DNA from: Psammoneis japonica
Taxonomy: Eukaryota
DNA: 64,000 nt
NCBI GenBank assembly: GCA_008632985.1
Contig: QPGO01000022.1
Span: 434,001 to 498,000 of the forward strand
Direction of reading: 5' to 3'
The notes below the pieces were generated by a model, which worked only from the letters and a program-made list of their open reading frames with translations, did not search any database and was not told where the DNA came from. Positions 24,301 through 35,542 of the stretch are shown in pieces. Position 1 is the first letter of the stretch, and each line of letters opens with the position of its first letter. Made by a program: the position numbers and the translations under genes.

Positions 24301-25377
24301 AAAAAGAAGTGTGAAGTTCTTGGACGACAAGGGGTGCTGTTTGCTTTCAATGCTTGTCAGGTGTGTGGTCCACCCCCACCCAAATGTCACATTTTTCTCA
24401 TGACACAAGAATCAAAAATGATCCAGAGTCCTTGAGTCAGGGCTGGCCAACAAAAAAGAAAAAGCTTGCTGAAAGCTTGCGCACTTCAACATTTGTTTTT
24501 GAAGCAAAGCAAATGCCTCCCCCCTCCAAGGCAGGGCTGCTGGAGATTGGTGTGCCAACCTTGTCCAGCATTGCTTCACATCTGTTGTGGAAACAATTTG
24601 CACACCTGACACAGCAGCACTGAGCACATTGCAGCTGACTGCATCTCTCACATTTGTGCATGAGTGCACTGACACCAGCACCCAGCAGCTGCAGCAGAGA
24701 TGTTGGGGTCACGTGAGATGGATGACAAGGGGCATGTGGCAAGAATCCTGGCATCCATTGCTGCACAGCATGCAGGGGTGTGTTGTTGACAAGGTGGGCA
24801 AGTGTGGAAATTTTGCTGCAAGTGACATGTGCAGGCTCCTTGTGAGAAGATTGCTGCACCAGCAGCAAGAAAGAGGGAAGAGAAAGGAGGTCTGAGTTTC
24901 ATTTCAGCAGCAGCAGCAGAGCCAAGAAGCTGTGGAATGGCATGCAAGAAAAATGGCTGGTGAGGTGGTTGATGTGGAGCCACCAATGGCGTGGGGGACA
25001 GAGCTGCGTTGATCAGTGGAGCAAGACATGCAGTTGTCGCATTGAGAGCTGTCGTCACAGTCAAAAGAGTAAGGGAGCAAGGCCCAGGAAATGAGCACAA
25101 AGATGGGAAGTCTCGCATGCGGGCCACTGCACGAAGTGCTGTAGACGGTACCACGACACCGTGTGAATATTTCTCGTATGTAGGAGGTATACTACGAGCA
25201 CGTATCAATCGATTTTGGATGCAGTTGGAAGTCGAAAAAAATAGAGTTGAATGACAATAATCCACAATGGGTGTGGGTGCAAACCCCGTTCTCGCGTTAC
25301 ACCGCTGGACTTGTAGCCCCCTTGCATTGAAAAGTAGAGTTGTCACGTCCTCCCTGTCTCTTCCATATTAGGACGCC

Positions 25378-28048
25378 ATGATTTCGCTTCGAGGAGAGCT
25401 TCGTCGCGACAGGAATTCTTGGAAATGGGCAGGCGTGTGGGCCTTTGGCAGTTTACCAGAGGGTGCTTCCCTCGCCAGCCATTCCAAGAAAGCAAAGAAT
25501 CCCTCCATGAGACCCTTCATTTATGCGTGGCATAGGCCACGTAATGCGAGCAATGTGTTGGTACCGTCGGCGCACCTTCTAACAGAAACACAAGTAATCA
25601 AGCCTGAAGCCTCGGAGACAGATCAGCAAGCCAAAATCGCACAAGAGGAAAAACGAGTTAGCCATGACCCGACGCAGAATGATAAAAAGACGCCAGACAA
25701 AGCGGAAAACACAGTCGAGGCGATGCGGTATCTTCCGGCAATACAAAAGAAAAGGCTGATCTGCCTATCTATAAGGATGCGAAGGAGACCGATATACCAG
25801 CTGCTCGCAGCGAGAATGAAGAAAAGGTTGAGCTGCAGAGTTCTTCTATAGCAGTGGAAGAGACGAATAAGGCAAAGTCTTTAGACACGGATGTGGCGAC
25901 AACCACAAATCGCGACGACGACGAGGGCAAAAAAGATGCTATGGACGCAACGCCAGAGGAAACGGTCGACAGTCCGCCCCGCAGCGAAAACAAAAAGGAA
26001 GGAGGCAATGAAAAGATAGATGCAAGCATGGCGACGAAAAAGGATGGTAGCACCGAATCTATCAAAGCTCATGATTCAGAAGCCTCGAAGGAAGAACCTG
26101 AACCCACCGATCTAGAATCCTCTGCAACTATCTCAGAAGCTAAGGTGGTGAGCCGAGTCACATACGCGTCAACATTGCCAGGTGAACCTGAGTACACCGA
26201 GGCCGGTACCCTTTATGAGGACAAGTGCCCCACTGATGGGACCTGGACGGGGTACTTTGAAAACGTCTCTCAGCGAAAAGATCGCAACTGCAGCCGTGTG
26301 CAGGAGAACTTTTGTCTCTTCTTCAATGCAACGCCCAGTCCCGACGCCCGGGCCTTGTTTCTTGATCACCTCAAGAGAGCGAGGAGACGACAGACCAAGG
26401 CAAAGACGCGGATGGTAACCCCATTGTAGCTACCTTACCTCCAGGCCACATCCATGTTCGAGGAAAGGGGACGAACCAGTTTGGTACTTTCGAGCTTCTG
26501 GGAAGTTACAACTTGGAAACAAAGGTTTTGGAATGCCAGCGTATGTATGTGACAACGGTAGACGAAGGCGGCACCCCTTCGCGAAGGCGACAAAGTGCAA
26601 CGCGAGCAACCCGCACAAGAGCCACCGGCGAAGCCGGCGAAAGCGGGACCTCATCAGGCACACCTCGAGCTTATAATACGCGGAAGCGGCAGCTATCCTG
26701 GAAGAGGGCAAATGTGAGCGATGACGAAGACTATTGCGATACAATGAGCAGCGGTCGCCGAAGCGGCGGTGGCAAGAAACGAGCGCGCACTTTGTCCGAG
26801 GGTAGAAAGTCACCAGTAACTGTGATGTACTCCTTGGAACCACTCCAAAACCTGGGGTTATACCAACCATCAACGTTCCCGCTGGCATCGGCGCGAAACG
26901 CCCCAGCCCCTCTCCGCGGTCAAGTGCCACTCCAAGAAAGCGCTCTCCTCCGACCAGCAAGGGTGGAGCGTCTGCGACAGCTTCTGCCCATTTGATGAAG
27001 CTTCCCGGTAAGTGAATCCTCGGTGTACTCCCTCTTGTTGCATGGTGGGTACCAATAGTTCCTAATTCACAACGATTCTTTTCTCTGCCGGGATTTTTTT
27101 CTGCGTAGTAACTGCGGATCCACGACAAGCACGCTGGAGAGCCGCTCACTTTATGTACTATCAACGTAGTGATCCAGCAGCTGAGGAGGTGGGCGGAAGC
27201 ACTGCTCCTAGTTTTGTTGTTTATGAAGGTGAATTGCTTAATGGAGATTCGCTTCGCGAGGGACGGGGCATTTGTCTTTACAGCAATGGAACTGTTTATG
27301 AAGGAAGTTGGAAACGGAACAAGAACACGGCGTTGGTACTCTAATGACTTCTGATAGGAAACGAATAATTTACAAAGGAGAATGGGAACGAGGAAAAATG
27401 CATGGTCGTGGAGTCTACAATTATGCATACGAGAATCCTTTGTACACGAGACGAAACGAGTCAAGGGACGGAACTGAGTCTCTCAGTCGGTACGAAGGAG
27501 AATTTAAAGAAAACACTCGGCACGGAATGGGCAAGTACGTCCTGCCTAATGGTTCATTCTATGAGGGTGAGTGGCGGGATAATGTCATGTCTGGGAGAGG
27601 AACTTTTCATTGGGTGGACGGATCGACCTATGTTGGCCAATGGAAAGACGGGCAGCGTAATGGTCAGGGTGTGTTGGTCGCGTCTGACGGTTTCAAATAC
27701 GACGGGACTTGGGTTCAGAATGCCATGGAAGGACGAGGTATTGCTACCTATCCAAGTGGACAACAATACGAGGGACTTTGGGTTGGAGGTAGGCGGGAAG
27801 GGAGGGGTACCATCCGCTTCACCAACGGAGCCGTGTACGAAGGGAGATTTCGAGATGATTGCATTGAAGGCCAGGGAACCATGAAAATGCAGAAATCTGT
27901 TGCTGTGCCTAGACCCAAAACTTCCGAGGAAGAAAAGGAAGAAGTCAAGATTGAGAATGAAAAGGACGATTGGATGATTCCAATTCACTTTCAAAGCGAC
28001 ATGGGTCACATCCACCAGAAGGCTGGATTTACGCTGGGTGGTAACTAG
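25378..28048 (+). CDS. MORN-repeat protein with long disordered N-terminal region
   Basis: Repeated YxGxW/F...GxG units at 27220-27890. The upstream part is split by frameshifts and an intron (~27008-27108). Confidence 0.8.
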
Positions 28049-28715
28049 AAGACTGTCTACTCTCTTTCACTAGTGAACAACGTTTGTATAGCTCCAAAAA
28101 TTAGTCGTAATTTGTTGTGATAACCATAGAAAGAAGGAACACAGCTTCACGCAAACTACGGAAACGATACACGCACACCGTAGATACTAAATTGAGGGTG
28201 CAGAAGAAAGAAACCATTGTTATTGCCTGTCGTTAGCCCTCTATCATTGTGGAAGGAAGAGAGGTGGTGGTCGCTACTTCGTACATGACCATTCTCAATT
28301 CTCGCCTTCCATGTTGGATGTTGTGAGAGCACGAGACATTTTCGGTGGCGGGAAGAAATTGTCGAAATTTGAAATTGGATCGGTCGCGGAGTGTGAGTCA
28401 TGTATTTGTAACATATATTCATGAACGTATGCTTATCAATAACGATCTTCTTTGGAGCCACGTAGCATCCCAGTACACTTTCTACTTAGTCCGTCAGGGA
28501 ATCTTCTCCACCGTTCGCTTTGCGTCTTCCTGTTTTTCAATTTTGCTCAAGCACCATCTCACCATCAACGCACAACCAGCAACCCGCAACCCGTCGATGT
28601 TGATCTTCGAACACCTGAGAACGGGAGGACCTTGCTGACGCCATTGCGATCAACGATAGCACACATCCAGTTGCAAAAACTTTTAAGCATACCGCTCCTT
28701 AGCTCAGCATTGAAC

Positions 28716-31700
28716 ATGATGCTTTCGAGGAGTTCATACGCAGCTCGATCGGCGTTGATTGCGTCGCTTCGCAAAATTTCTGCCGCCCACGTCAGATCGG
28801 CAAAGGTGCGGCATTTGTTTGCTGCCGGGGCTTCCACACGTGTGGCATCGGCCTTGGATCTTTCTTCCCGCCAACAGTCGACAGCTGCGTATGATGATAT
28901 CGAGGAAACTGTGGGTGCTTCCAATGGCCATGCCGCTGCAGCAGCGATGAATGTTGCAGGATCACAAACTGAAAAGTCTCATCAGGAAGCCTGGATGGTG
29001 AACCTAGGACGCGGGAATGACAACGAATGGCTCTCTGGTGCTCGTGATGAAGAATGGTTTACTGGAGTGCCTCCCTCTGTTTGCCCTGGTAAGGCTTCTG
29101 GCGGCCGTTTCTCGAAAACGGTTTCTAAGTGTCATGGAAACAGTGTTCTTACGCTTGGTAATCTCTCTCAATCCTTTTTCAGGCGTAGATAGCGCTGGAA
29201 AGATTCGATCATTGCCTCTACCCAATCTTTCTGCGGTTACGCGTCAATCGGCGAAAGAGTACTTCGATAACTCATGGACTTTATTTGAGACGCTTTTTGC
29301 CGGTTTTGTTGGCGAGGAGCCCTTCTATCGGTAGGTTGTTGTATCTGCTGAATAATCGTGGCTTTGACTTTATGCTGATGAAATGAGCTCACGACGGAAA
29401 ACTTGGTTTCAACCTCAGCCCTCCAGTTCATGGACTGCGTCACCCACAAGTGTTTTACTATGGGCATACGCCATGCCTGTACATCAACAAGCTTCGGGTG
29501 GCTGGCGTTCTATCCAAACCCGTGAACGCGTACTTTGAAAGCATTTTTGAAGTCGGTGTCGATGAAATGCTATGGGATGACATGCACAAGAATGACATGC
29601 TATGGCCGACTGTGTCCGAGGTACACGAATATCGAAAACAAGTATACAAAACTGTTGCTGACGCCATCATGACACACCCGTCGCTGGATGATTCAAACGG
29701 TCCAGTCCTAGTGAACCAGGAGCATCCAATGTGGGCGCTATTCATGGGATTCGAGCACGAGCGAATCCATTTGGAAACAAGCTCCGTTCTGTTTCGCGAG
29801 ACTCCGTATCACCTTATGCAGGTAAGTAGCTTTCGATTTTGAAAGCTTCACTGACGACTTCATAGCATCGTGATTGACGTTTTGGCGTGTGTACGTCTCT
29901 TCACAGACTCCTGAGAACTGGCCGCCACTCCATCCTTCTGCTACGAGAAGTAGTGTCAAATCACACCCGACTGAAGGAATTGACTATCCTTCCAACAAAA
30001 TGATTTATGTTTCAAAGGACAGCGTGGATCTAGGGAAACCGCCAAACTTCCCGTCTTTTGGATGGGACAACGAGTATGGCGAAAGAAAGGTTGACGTTCC
30101 ACCGTTTCTGGCTTCTGAACACATGATCACAAACGGCGAGTTTTGGGAATTTGTTGCGGATGGTGGCTACAGAAATAGGGAGAACTGGTGCGACGATGGA
30201 TGGGAGTGGCGCAGGCACCGTAACATGAAGTGGCCTTTCTTCTGGGAACCCGCCGGTCCTGCGGTATGTGCACTACAGTTTTGAATCATCTTCTTTTGGA
30301 GATTTGTTTGTTTCTTATTTTTTCTTTTCTCTTTTCGTACTCGATGGCAGGGTTCTCACGAGTACTCGCTGAGAACGATTTTTGAGATAGTCCCCATGCC
30401 CTGGGACTGGCCTGTAGACGTGAACTATTACGAAGCTAAAGCTTTCTGCAGGTGGAAGGTATGTATCAGAGCGCTTCAATCACTGTTATAGACTGACATC
30501 TGCCTCTTTCTAACCTCAGCTGCAATATCAATCATAGACGAGAAGGGATGGATCGCCCAAGTCAAGACCTTATCGCGTTCTCACGGAAGCCGAGCATCAC
30601 ATAATTCGTCATCGAGAGCATAGTCTGGATGCTGCTCGTGCTGATGTGGATGCAGATAAAGTAATGGCTACCGGTGGTGATCTTTTCGCTGAGGGATCAA
30701 CTGGTTCGAACCTGAATCTTGCGTTCTCGTCGCAGAACCCCGTTGACTATTTTGCCGCTTCCCATACCGGTCACCGAGATACGACAGGAAACGCTTGGGA
30801 ATGGACTGAAGACCATTTTAATCCTCTTAAAGGCTTCGAAGTCCATCATGTGTATGACGATTTTTCAACGCCGTGCTTCGACGGAAAGCATTCTATGATT
30901 GTAGGTGGATCATTCATCAGCACCGGAGACGAAGCATCCGTTTTTGCCCGATTTCATTTTCGGCCTCACTTTCTCCAACATTCCGGATTTCGACTTGTAG
31001 CGTCAGATCACGACGCTCCATCCACGCACCTTTACGCGGGTGAGTTTGAAGGTCAGGCGGCGGCACGTGAATCACAAAAGGAGGGAGAAGAAGAAGAAGA
31101 CGAGACGACTATTCAATCTCACAATGTATACGAGACCGACGAATCCCTCCACATGTATCTGGGCTTGCACTATGCTTCTTCGGGCGCCGAGGAAGGGGTT
31201 GCTGCAATTCTTCCACATGAAAACGCTCCTACACACGGATTGCGATTTCCTCAGCGTGTTGCGAAGCTTTTGACCGACTTAAAGCCAGTCCGTACAAACA
31301 ACACTGCTTTGGATATTGGATGCGCAGTTGGGGGTGCATCTTTCGAGCTTGCCAAGACTTTTGAAAGAGTCGATGCATTCGATTTCAGTGAATCCTTTGT
31401 TTCGGCGGCCCGGCACATGCAATCCGGTGATGCTATGGAGTTCAATGTTCCTGTCGAGGCGGACCTTTTCGAAACTGTAGCTGCTGTTCACGAGGACGGA
31501 CTTACAGCAGAAATGCGAAATCGTATCAACTTTTTTCAAGGAGACGCTTGCAGCATCAATGAAATGGCGGCTTCCGGTCAACTGGGCACGTATGACGGTG
31601 TAATCATGTCCAACTTGCTCTGCCGCCTGCCCGACCCTGTCGCAGCTCTTGATGGCTTGCCCCACGTCGTGAATGAGGGAGGTGCTGTGGTGATGGTAAC

Positions 31701-31926
31701 TCCATTTAGTTGGCTAGATGAGTTCACACATCGTAGCAAGTGGCTTGGAGGTTTCTATGATCCTGTTTCGGGTAAACCCTTGCGTTCAGAGGACCGGCTT
31801 GAAGAGCTGATGGAAGAGCGCGGTTTCAAGAAGATCCATGATTCCGAAATGCCTCTGGTGATTCGGGAGCACCAGCGCAAATATCAATACATTGTTAGTA
31901 AGGCTACGGGATGGCGAAAAGAATAA
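28716..31926 (+). CDS. ovoA: 5-histidylcysteine sulfoxide synthase OvoA (DinB + FGE-sulfatase + SAM methyltransferase), 5 introns
   Basis: FYYGHT..YINKL, GVDEMLWDD, the iron motif HERIHLE, FGWDNEYG, GNAWEW, FRPHFLQHSGFR, LDIGCAVG and IREHQRKYQY. Introns at ~29089-29182, 29331-29418, 29822-29906, 30263-30350 and 30459-30537. Confidence 0.93.
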
Positions 31927-33911
31927 TCTGAATGCAGGTCGTCCCTTTGAGAGCCAGTTGCTGGGATAACTGTTGTGAGGGGGGAGAGATGCTGTAGACT
32001 ACTGTAGAGTAAAGAGACTTGAAAAAGTGCTAAAGGATTCGAATTCTTGCTGTGTGCTTTTTCCTAAATGCAAAACATTGAAGCAGCACGGAAGCAAAAC
32101 TAGAGCGAAGCTAAAGTCCATCAATGAATGTTTTAGGGTGAAACATTTTCAATTTTGGTCAAGAAGCGAACATGCGCAGGCCATTGGGGTAACATGATCA
32201 TCTATCTACGACTAAGTCTTCGTTGAATTCCAACACGGCGTCGGGCAGGCAGAGCGGATGGATAGAATGGCTGGCTAGAGCCAAGGCATGGATGGATGGC
32301 ACTGGATGGATGGAATGGACAGCCATGGATGGAACTCATGCCGAGCAAAAAGCACATGGAGCCATGCCCATTCACGATGTGTCTTTTTCGGATGTCATGG
32401 ATGCACACAACAGATGGCTCCCACCTCAAACAGCCACATTGCCCATGAAGTGTCGTAAGTTGAAGAAGATGTGTTGGATGTTGATTCCCAGGTGGACATT
32501 GCAAGCGCCACTCCAGTGAGCATCAAGACAACTGCTTTGCCTTCTGCCTCACATGTGACCTCTTTTGTTGGAGTTCTCACATGTTTGCAGATTCCAAGTG
32601 GGGCCCAGTTCACACATCTCCTGCCAGCTGTGCTGCTGACAACGTGTCTCAAGCTGCAGATGCATCAGCCATTGGTTCCCAGATGGACACCTCGAACAAT
32701 GTTTGGATGAGTGTCAAATGTCTGCTGTGTCTCACCTGAGCCATCTGCAGCAATTTTTCATTTTGGCTTGCTGCTGTTCTCCACCAGCTTGATGGCATGC
32801 TTTCATCAAATGACAAGGCAAGCCTGCTCCAGACCTGCAGTGCTTTTGTTGTTCTGGCTGTGCAATGGCTGTCACATGCATCAGATGGGCAGATTGTCAG
32901 CTTGGAGGCTGTGCTGCCTGCTTGCTGCCTCTGTGATGCCATGGTGTGACAGCTGTGGCGTGGGTGCAGTCAATGCTTTGGTGGTGGCCAAATCAACTCA
33001 TGCTTGGATTTTTGGCTCTGACAGCTGTCAATGATTTTGGATGCACAAAGCCAGCACCATTGCTTCTCTCATCTGAGCAAGCATGACCAGTGGAAGCTGG
33101 GCAACTGTGAAAGGGGGCGACCAAATGTTGTTGCACCTTCCACCACTCTGTGACCGCTTGACCTCTTTCCTCCACAGTCAATGCCGTTGTCATGCTGCAC
33201 AGTGCTTTTCATGGGGTGCTCCTGACTTGTCAATTGTTGCTGGCCACAATTTCACAGTTCCCACCAGCCAGGGGAGAGAGCAAGAACGTGGCAAAGAGGA
33301 AGCATTCAAGCTCAGCAAGCATGGAAGAAACTGTCATGATGATGCCTCATTTGGGAGCCCATGTTTCAAACAGCAGCTGCAGCCTGATTCTCACTTGCCA
33401 TGCACCCAATTTCTTCTGACATTGAGTTGCTCAATCACAAAATGTTTTTGTCCTGCATGTTTTTCAGGTTTGAAGAATGGTGTGGGGCATGTGTTGCTCA
33501 ACAAGATTTGTTGGAAACTGCTGATGATGCTTTTTGTCGAAGTTGAAGTTTTTGGTTTGTGCTGTGCAGCTGGGCCTGGCCATTTGTTGCATCATCTGGC
33601 TTGCCAGCTTGCCACCTTTCTGTTGAAAGGTTGTTTTTGTGGTGCACTGTTGCAGCTCTGCGATCTTCACTTGTTGGACAGACATTGCAGATCAGGAGAG
33701 AGCAGTGTCAGCATGCGCTGGACCTGGGTGCATGTGCAGATCTCTCTGAGATCTCTCACTTTCTTTCATCTGGCATCATGCTCACTGATGCTGCTGTCCC
33801 AGCATCTTGTTGGGTCACTGCCCATGCATTGTTGTGTGAGAGATCTGCTTGGCTGTCTTGTTCTGGCTGTTGTGCAGTGATCCACAGAGTTGGTGTGCTG
33901 ACAGCGATGGC

Positions 33912-33913
<2 letters not shown>

Positions 33914-33982
<69 letters not shown>
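33914..33982. repeat. (GA)n microsatellite (shorter tracts at ~24236, ~35237 and ~35543)
   Basis: Perfect GA dinucleotide run. Confidence 0.98.
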
Positions 33983-33984
<2 letters not shown>

Positions 33985-34099
33985 GCTGTTGCCATCTCAA
34001 GCCAGTCAACAAGTGCATCACAAGATTGCACTTCTGCCTGAAAAAAAGCAAAAAGTGGAAGAGAAGTGGAAGTTGGGGGCAGTGTTGGCAGAAGGGAGC

Positions 34100-35542
34100 A
34101 GACGACAAATTACAAAAAGTCGCACGCAAGCAACCATCTTACTTTAAAAGCTCGTTGTACCTCAAGAATGAGCTGGTCCAAATGGCAGCACCACCAAACT
34201 GCCTGCTTTTCACCTCTGATGCCAAGTCCTGCTGCTCGAACATCCCAACAAACAAAGCCCTTTGAGCAATTGCGGCCTGTCTATGATGACACAAGAATGA
34301 ATTCCAAGACGCACCAGCAGAAGCCCTCATTGAAGCCCTCTGCATCACAATGAAACACAGTGTCTTTGCTTTCGGTGACACCACATGGCTCCAACGCAGT
34401 GGCACCGCAATGGGCACACCACCTGCCCTGCCACATGCCACGCTCTTTTGTGCTCTACACGAAGCCACTCTCCTGGAGGAGTTTGGCACAAACCTGGTTT
34501 TCTGCAAATGATTTATGAGTGACGTCTTTGGCATCTGGCAAATTGCCAAATCAACCTCCGACGCCACTCGCTGGAATGCACTCACCTCCAGAATGAATGA
34601 CTGCAACATCAATTGGGTCACGAGTCCAAGGGCCCACCAAGCAAACTTCATGGACCTCACCATCACACTCCAAGGCTCCAACCCACACACCACTCTTTAT
34701 GAAAAAGAAATGAATTTACACCTGCACATCCCTCCACATTCAGCTCACCCACCTGGAGTGCTCACCGGCCCAATTGTGGGCATGCTCTTTTGCTTCAAGA
34801 ATCTCTGCTCAGACCCTGCTGACACAAAAGCAAAGATGAAACTTCTTTGCCATTGACTGCTTGCTTGAGGCCACAAGCCCAGCAAGCTCCAACCCATCTT
34901 CCAAAAGGCATGCAACCACCTCTTTGGCAATGAAACAACTGTGAACAAGCCCCCAACCAATCCTCCCATCTTCCCACATGTCCCATGCCATCTGAACAAC
35001 CCACCATCCAGCAAACTGCAAAAGACATGGAAAGGAACGATGGCCTCTCCACCACACTCCCAGCCACTTGCCAACATTCAAAATCACAACCAACAAAACA
35101 CATTGGCCCAGACCACATGATCATTTGCTGCAATTGGTCAGGCAACCTTGGCAACCTTCTTTTGTGCCACATCCTTCACACCTCCAATGGCCCCCCAGTT
35201 TCGTCCCACCGGATTACAAGCAGGGAGGCCACTGTGAGAGAGAGAGAGAGAGAGAGAGAGAGTGCAATGACATGAATTCAAACTGAATCAATCGACTCAA
35301 ATCACCTTTCCCTTGCCCCCGAATCTTTTTAACATGACAACCTCAACCACGTAAACAACAACAGTCAGCCGCTGATGAAGCCACCACACGAAAGTCTCAC
35401 TCCTGACTTCGGCCAACGTTGTTGTGCCTGCCATTCACTGAAACAGTTGGGTGAAGATCTGAGCTGGTGGCTCCACCTCAGCTGCTCTCATTCTTTGTTT
35501 GTCATGTTTGACAGAGAATTGGCTGCACCAATTCCTTTGTTT
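34100..35542 (+). mobile_element. 5'-truncated Penelope-like retroelement (RT + thumb; no GIY-YIG seen)
   Basis: Motifs LFTSDAKSCCSNIPT, FAFGDTTWLQRSGTAMGTPPA, K*FMSDVFGIW, FMDLTI, TTLYEKEMNLHLHIPPHSAHPPG and NLGNLL. In-frame TGA stops. Confidence 0.85.
35356..35424 (+). ncRNA. Type I hammerhead ribozyme (Penelope-associated)
   Basis: CTGATGA core at 35372-35378 and GAAA at 35390-35393. Stem III is AGTC/GACT. Stem I is CAACAAC-A-GTcaGCCG / CGGCcaAC-GTTGTTG. Stem II is minimal. Confidence 0.7.

Larger units (their letters stand above)
16400..25130. repeat. Highly decayed transposon block, depleted in both TpA and CpG
   Basis: About 16 TA and roughly 30 CG dinucleotides in ~8.7 kb by eye, with TG/CA saturating. 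Only spurious Cys/His-rich ORFs. Confidence 0.85.

Noticed and set aside
16400..25130. Cys/His-rich ORFs as real metal-binding proteins or an alternative genetic code
   Set aside because: They occur in all six frames and follow from TG/CA saturation. Neighbouring genes use the standard code with TAA/TAG stops.
16400..25130. Classical fungal RIP or simple CpG decay as the sole explanation
   Set aside because: RIP enriches TpA and CpG decay does not remove it, whereas here TpA is the depleted dinucleotide.
32128..32142. Telomere-like TTTAGGG
   Set aside because: Single occurrence.
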